NCBI RefSeq assembly: GCF_009914755.1
Contig: NC_060933.1
Strand: one strand, 5' to 3'
Source of the DNA: the human T2T-CHM13v2.0 reference genome, Homo sapiens
Length of the DNA stretch: 64,000 nucleotides
The position numbers were made by a program, and so were the translations under genes. This document shows positions 57,301 through 64,000 of this stretch, piece after piece (position 1 is the first letter of the stretch; each line of letters starts with the position of its first letter). The notes beneath the pieces are model-generated. The model saw nothing but the letters and a program-made list of their open reading frames with translations. It did no database searches and was not told the origin of the DNA.

Positions 57301-60300
57301 ACTCTCCATTACATTCCATTCCATTCGGGTTGTTCCATTCCATTCCTTTCCATTCCACTCCATTCCATTGCACTCGGGTTGATTCCATTCAATTCCATTC
57401 CATTCCTTTCCGGATGATTCCATTCCATTGCATTCCGTTCCATTACGTTCCCCTGCACTCGGGTTGATTCCATTCCATTCCTTTCCATTCCATTCGAATC
57501 CATTCCATTCCCCTGCACTCGCGTTGATTCCATTCCATTCCATTCCATTCCTTTCCGTTCCATTCCATTCCCCTCCATTCCATTCCGTTCCGTTCCATTC
57601 CATTCCATTCCATTCTATTCGGGTTAATTCCATTCCATTCCATTCGATTGCAAACGACTTGATTCCATTCCATTCCATTCCATTCCATTCCATTCCATTC
57701 CATTCCAGTCCTTTCCATTCCTTTCCATTCCATTACTGATGATTCCATTCCATTGCACTCCATTCCATTCCATTCCCCGGTACTCGGGTTGATTCCATTC
57801 CATTCCATTCCAATCCATGCCATTCCACTCGTGTTGATTCCATTCTTTCCTTTCCATTCAAGTTGAATCCATTCCATTGTATTCCATTCCATTTGATTCC
57901 ATTCGATTGCACTCGGGTTGATTCCATTCCATTGCATTCCATTCCATTCCATTCCATTCCATTCCATTCCCTTCCATTCCACTCTGGTTGATTCCATTCC
58001 TTTCCATTCCACTCGAATACATTCCCTCCTATTCCACTCGGAACGATTCCATTCCATTCCATTCCATTCCATTCCATTCCATTCCATTCCATTCCATTCC
58101 ATTTCGTTCCATTCCATTCTATTCCCTATCATTCCATTCCATTCCATTCCATTCCATTCCATTCCATTCCATTCCATTCCATTGTACTCGGGTTGATTCC
58201 ATTATATTGCATTCCATTCCATTCCATTCCATTCCATTCCACTCCGTTGCATTCCATTCCATTACATGCGGATTGATTCTATTCAACTCCCTTACTCTCC
58301 ATTACATTCCATTCCTTTGGGGTTGTTCCATTCCATTCCATTCCATTCCACTCCATTCCATTGCACTCGGGTTGATTCCATTCCATTCCATTCCATTCCA
58401 TTCCATTCCATTCCATTCCGGATGATTCCATTCCACTGCAATCTGTTCCATTAAATTCCCCTGCACTCGCGTTGATTCCATTCCATTCCATTCCATTCCA
58501 TTCAATTCCATTCCATTACAATTCGTTCCATTCCATTCTATTCCGTACCATTCCATTCCATTCCATACCATTCCATTCCATTCCGTTCCATTCCATTCCG
58601 TTACATTCCGTTCCATTCCATTCCATTCCATTCTATTCGGATTAATTCCATTCCATTCCATTCCATTCCATTGCAATCGAGTTGAATCCATTGCATTTCA
58701 TTCCATTCCATTCCATTCCATTCCATTCCATTCCATTCCATTCCGTTCCATTCCATTCCTTTACATTCGGATTGATTCTATTCAATTCCCTTACACTCCA
58801 TTACATTCCATTCCATTCGGGTAGTTTCCATTCCATTCCATTCCATTCCATTCCTCTCCATTCCATTGCACTCGGGTTGATTCCATTCCATTGCATTCCA
58901 TTCCATTCCATTCAATTCCATTCCGTTCCATTCCATTCCATTACATTCGGATTGATTCTATTCAACTCCCTTACTCTCTGTTATATTCCATTCCATTCGG
59001 GTTGTTCCATTCCATTCCATTCCATTCCACTCCATTCCATTGCACTCGGGTTGATTCCATTCCATTCCATTCCATTCCATTCCATTCCATTCCATTCCGG
59101 AAGATTCCATTCCAATGCATTCCATTCCATTCCATTCCCCTGCACTCGCGTTGATTCCATTCCATTCCATTACATTCCATTCCGTTCCGTTCCATTCCAT
59201 TCTATTCCATTCCATTCCATTCCGTTCCGTTCCATTCCATTCCATTCCATTCTATTCGGGTTAATTCCATTCCATTCCATTCGATTGTCATCGAGTTGAT
59301 TCCATTCCATTCCATTCCATTCCATTCCATTCCATTCCTTTCCATTCCATTACGGATGACTCCATTCCATTGCTTTCCATTCCATTCCATTCCCCTGTAC
59401 TCGGGTTGATTCCATTCCATTCCATTCCACTCCATTCGGTTCCGTTGCATTCCATTCTATTGCATTCCATTCTATTCGGGTTAATTCCATTCCATTCTAT
59501 TCCATTCCATTCCATTCCATTCCATTGCAATGGAGTTTATTCCATTCCATTCCATTCCATTCCGGATGATTCAATTCCATTGCATTCCATTGCATTCCAT
59601 TCCCCTGCACTCGTGTTGATTCCATTCCCTTCCATTCCATTCCATTCCGTTCCATTCCATTCCATTCCATTCTATTCCGGTTAATTCCATTCCATTCCAT
59701 TCCATTCCATTCCATTCCATTCCATTGCAATCGAGTTGATTCCATTCCATTCCTTTCCATTCCATTCCATTGCCTTGCATTCCACTCGGGTTGATTCCAT
59801 TCCCTTCTTTCCACTCCATTACATTCCCTTCCATTCCACTCGGAATGATTGATTCCATTCCATTCCATTCCATTTCATTCCATTGCAATCCATTCCAATC
59901 CATTCCATTCCATTCCATTCCACTCGAGTTGACTTCATTCCATTCCTTTCCATTCCATTCCATTCCTTTCCACTCGAGTTGATTCCATTCCATTCCAATC
60001 CATTGCAATCCTTTCCATGCCATTCCACTCGGGTTGATTCCATTCCTTTGCATTCCATTCCATTCCATTCCATTGCATTCCATTCCATTCCATTCCGTTG
60101 CATTCCATTCCATTACATTCGGATTGATTCTATTCATCTCCCTTACTCTCCATTACATTCCATTCCATTCGGGTTGTTCCATTCCATTCCATTCCATTCG
60201 ACTCCATTCCATTGCACTCGGGTTGATTCCATTCCATTCCATTCCATTCCATTCCATTCCGGATGATTCCATTCCATTGCATTCCGTTCCATTACATTCC

Positions 60301-63300
60301 CCTGCACTCGGGTTGATACCATTCCATTCCATTCCATTCCATTCCATTCCATTCCATTCCGGGTGATTCCATTCCATTGCATTCCATTCCATTCCATTCC
60401 CCTGCACTCGGGTTGATTCCATTCCATTCCATTCCATTTCATTCCATTCCGTTCCATTCCATTCCATTCCATTCTATTCTGGTTAATTCCATTCCATTCC
60501 TTTCGATTCCATTCCATTCCATTCCATTCCATTGCAATCGAGTTGATTCCATTCCATTCCATTCCATTCCGTTCCGGATGATTCCATTCCATTCCATTCC
60601 ATTCCATTCCCCTGCAGTTGGGTTGATTCCATTCCATTCCATTCCATTCCATTCCATTCCATTCCATTCCATTCCATTCCGTTCCATTCCATTCCATTCC
60701 ATTCTATTCGGGTTAATTCCATTCCATTCCATTCCATTCCATTCCAATCGAGTTGATTCCATTCCATTCCATTCCATTCCATTCCACTCCATTCCAGTCC
60801 TTTCCATTCCATTACACTCGGGTTGATTCCATTCTATTCCTTTCCATTCCATTCCATTCCATTGCAATCGAGTTGATTCCATTGCTTTGCATTCCATTCC
60901 ATTCCATTCCATTCCGGATGATTCCATTCCATTGCATTCCTTTCCATTCCATTCCCTTGCACTCGGGTTGATTCCATTCCATTCCACTCCATTCCGTTTC
61001 ATTCCATTTCATTCCGTTCCATTGTATTCGGGTTAATTCCATTCCATTCCATTCCATTCCATTCCATTCCAATCGAGTTGATTCCATTCCATTCCATTCC
61101 ATTCCATTCCATTCCATTCCATTCCAGTCCTTTCCATTCCATTCCACTCGGGTTGATTCCATTCTATTCATTTCCATTCCATTCCATTCCATTGCAATCG
61201 ACTTGATTCCATTGTTTTGCATTCCATTCCTTTCCATTCCATTCCGGATGATTCCATTCCATTGCATTCCGTTAAATTACATTCCCCTGCACTCGGGTTG
61301 ATACCATTCCATTCCATTCCATTCCATTCCATTCCGGATGATTCCATTCCATTGCATTCCATTCCATTCCATTCCCCTGCACTCGGGTTGATTACATTCC
61401 ATTTCCTTCCTTCCATTCCTTTCCATTCCATTCCATTCCATTCTATTCGGGTGAATTCCATTCCATTCCATTCCATTCCATTCCATTCCATTCCATTCCG
61501 TTCCGTTCCATTCCAGTCCATTCCATTCTATTAGGGTTAATTCCTTTCCATTCCATTCGATTGCAATCGTGTTGATTCCATTCCATTCCATTCCGTTCCA
61601 TTCCATTCCATTCCATTCCTTTCCATTCCATTACGGATGATTCCATTCCATTGCATTCCATTCCATACCATTCCCCTGTACTCGGGTTGATTCCATTCCA
61701 TTGCATTCCAATCCATGCCCTTGCACTCGTGTTGATTCCATTCTTTCCATTCCATTCAAGTTGAATCCATTCCATTGCATTCCATTCCATTCGATTCCAT
61801 TCGATTGCACTCGGGTTGATTCCATTCCATTGCATTCCATTCCATTCCATTCCATTCCATTCCATTCCAATCCATTCCGTTCCATTCCATTCCATTACAT
61901 TCGGATTGATTCTATTCAATTCCCTTACACTCCATTACATTCCATTCCATTCAGGTAGTTTCCATTCCATTCCATTCCATTCCTCTCCATTCCATTGCAC
62001 TCGGGTTGATTCCATTCCATTGCATTCCATTCCATTCCATTCAATTCCATTCCGTTCCATTCCATTCCATTACATTCGGATTGATTCTATTCAACTCCCT
62101 TACTCTCCATTACATTCCATTCCATTCGGGTTGTTCCATTCCATTCCATTCCATTCCACTCCATTCCATTGCACTCGGGTTTATTCCATTCCATTCCATT
62201 CCATTCCATTCCATTCCATTCCATTCCGGAAAATTCCATTCCATTGCATTCCATTCCATTCCATTCCCCTGCACTCGCGTTGATTCCATTCCATTCCATT
62301 CCATTCCATTCCATTCCATTCCTTTACGTTCCATTCCATTCCATTCCATTCCATTCCACTCGTGTTTATTCCATTCCTTTCCATTCCATTCGGTTTGAAA
62401 GCATTCCATTCCATTCCATTCCATTCCATTCCATTCCATTCCATTCCATTCCATTCCATTCCATTCCATTGTACTCGGGTTGATTCCATTCCATTGCATT
62501 CCATTCCATTCCATTCCATTCCATTCCGTTGCATTCCATTCCATTACATTCGGATTGATTCTTTTCAACTCCCTTACTCTCCATTACATTCCATTCCATT
62601 CGGGTTGTTCCATTCCATTCCATTCCATTCCACTCCATTCCATTGCACTAGGGTTGATTCCATTCCATTCCATTCCATTCCATTCCGGATGACTCCATTC
62701 CATTGCATTCCGTTCCATTACATTCCCCTGCACTCGCGTTGATTCCATTCCATTCCATTCAATTCCATTCCATTACAATTCGTTCCATTCCATTCTATTC
62801 CGTACCATTCCATTCCATTCCATACCATTCCATTCCATTCCATTCCATTCCATTCCGTTCCATTCCGTTCCATTGCATTCCATTCCATTCTATTCGGGTT
62901 AATTCCATTCCATTCCATTCCATTCCATTCTATTCCATTCCATTGCAATCGAGTTGAATCCATTGCATTTCATTTCATTCCATTCCATTCCATTCCATTC
63001 CACTCGAGTTGATTTCATTCCATTCCTTTCCATTCCATTCCATTCCTTTCCACTCGAGTTGATTCCATTCCATTCCATTCCATTGCATTCCATTCCATGC
63101 CATTCCACTCGGGTTGATTCCATTACATTCCATTCCATTCCATTAAATTCCATTCCATTCCATTGCATTCCATTCCATTCCTTTCCCCTACACTCGGGTT
63201 GATTCCATTCCATTCCATTCCATTTAATTCCATTCCATTCCATTCCATTCCATTCCAATCCGTTCCATTCCATTCCATTCTATTCCATTGCAATCGACTT

Positions 63301-64000
63301 GATTCCATTCCATTCCATTCCATTACATTCCATTCCATTACATTCCATTCCATTTTGTTCCAATCCATTCTATTCCGAACCATTCCTTTCCATTCAATTC
63401 CATTCCATTCCTTTCCATTCCATGCCATTCCACTCGGGTTGATTCCATTCCTTTCCATTCCATTCGGGTTGAATCCAATCCACTCCATTCCATTCCATTC
63501 GAATCCATTCAATTGCACTCGGGTTGATTCCATTCCATTCCATTCCATTCGATTCGATTCCATTCCATTCCATTCCGTTCAATTCCATTTCATTACATTC
63601 AGATTGATTCTATTCAATTCCCTTACACTCCATTATATTCCAATCCATTCTGGTTGTTTCCATTCCATTCCATTCCATTTCACTCCATTCCATTGCACTC
63701 GGTTTGTTTCCATTCCATTCCATTCCATTCCATTCCGGATGATTCCATTCCATTGCATTCCATTCCATTCCATTCCCCTGCAGTCAGGTTGATTCCATTG
63801 CATTCCATTCCACTCCATTCGGTTCCATTCCATTCCATTCTATTGCATTCCATTCTATTCGTGTTAATTCCATTCCATTCTATTCCATTCCATTCCATTC
63901 CTTTCCATTGCAATGGAGTTGATTCCATTCCATTCCATTCCATTCCGGATGATTCCATTCCATTGCATTCCATTCCATTCCATTCCCCTGCACTCGTGTT

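Larger units (their letters stand above)
20966..64000 (-). repeat. Satellite III (HSat3) array, right arm, inverted: CATTC on +, G-rich strand on -
   Basis: Continuous (CATTC)n carrying the reverse complements of the same modules (ACTCGGGTTG, AATCGAGTTG, ATTCGGGTTA, TTCCGGAAGATTC). I saw no further strand switch up to 64000. Confidence 0.97.

Noticed and set aside
1-64000. Hundreds of ORFs encoding (MEWNG)n or (IPFHS)n, up to 357 aa (17110-18183)
   Set aside because: GGAAT and ATTCC repeats have no stop codon. Because 5 is not a multiple of 3, all frames give the same peptide. The ORFs overlap in all six frames and show no domain or codon signal.
1-64000. CRISPR-like alternation of repeats and spacers
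   Set aside because: The interrupting modules recur many times and the stretches between them are variable-length pentamers. There are no unique spacers, leader or cas genes.
1-64000. HSat2, DYZ1 or telomeric repeat identity
   Set aside because: No dense CATTCGAT/GATGATTCC HSat2 pattern, no regular ~3.6 kb diverged DYZ1 unit, and no TTAGGG arrays.
1-64000. G-quadruplex potential
   Set aside because: Runs are mostly GG with isolated GGG/GGGG, so there is no canonical four-tract motif. The known GA-mismatch fold-backs of (GGAAT)n are generic to the family, not specific to this window.

Overview
The whole 64 kb window is primate (most likely human) Satellite III (HSat3) heterochromatin. It is a (GGAAT)n pentamer backbone interrupted by a limited vocabulary of variant modules such as CAACCCGAGT, CAACTCGATTGC, TAACCCGAATAG, GAATCTTCCGGAA and GAGAGTAAGGGAGTTG. 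I saw no genes, RNA genes or transposable-element insertions, and every ORF in the track is an artefact of the stop-free pentamer. The main structural feature is a single strand switch (inversion breakpoint) at about 20961-20965. GGAAT is on the + strand to its left and on the - strand to its right, so the G-rich strands converge. The junction has 5 bp of microhomology, forms a 12-bp hairpin, and is flanked within about 25 bp by a 14-bp templated insertion and a ~100-bp deletion. The array has no strict higher-order repeat. It is a mosaic of tandem (35 bp to 2.6 kb), dispersed (10.8, 21.6 and 32 kb apart) and inverted duplications. One recurring module is a perfect three-unit heat-shock element (about 40-45 copies by eye). 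The module content suggests the chr9q12-type array, but that is inference. I found no protein-coding system; the most interesting signals are the junction architecture and the embedded heat-shock elements. All counts and coordinates were read by eye.
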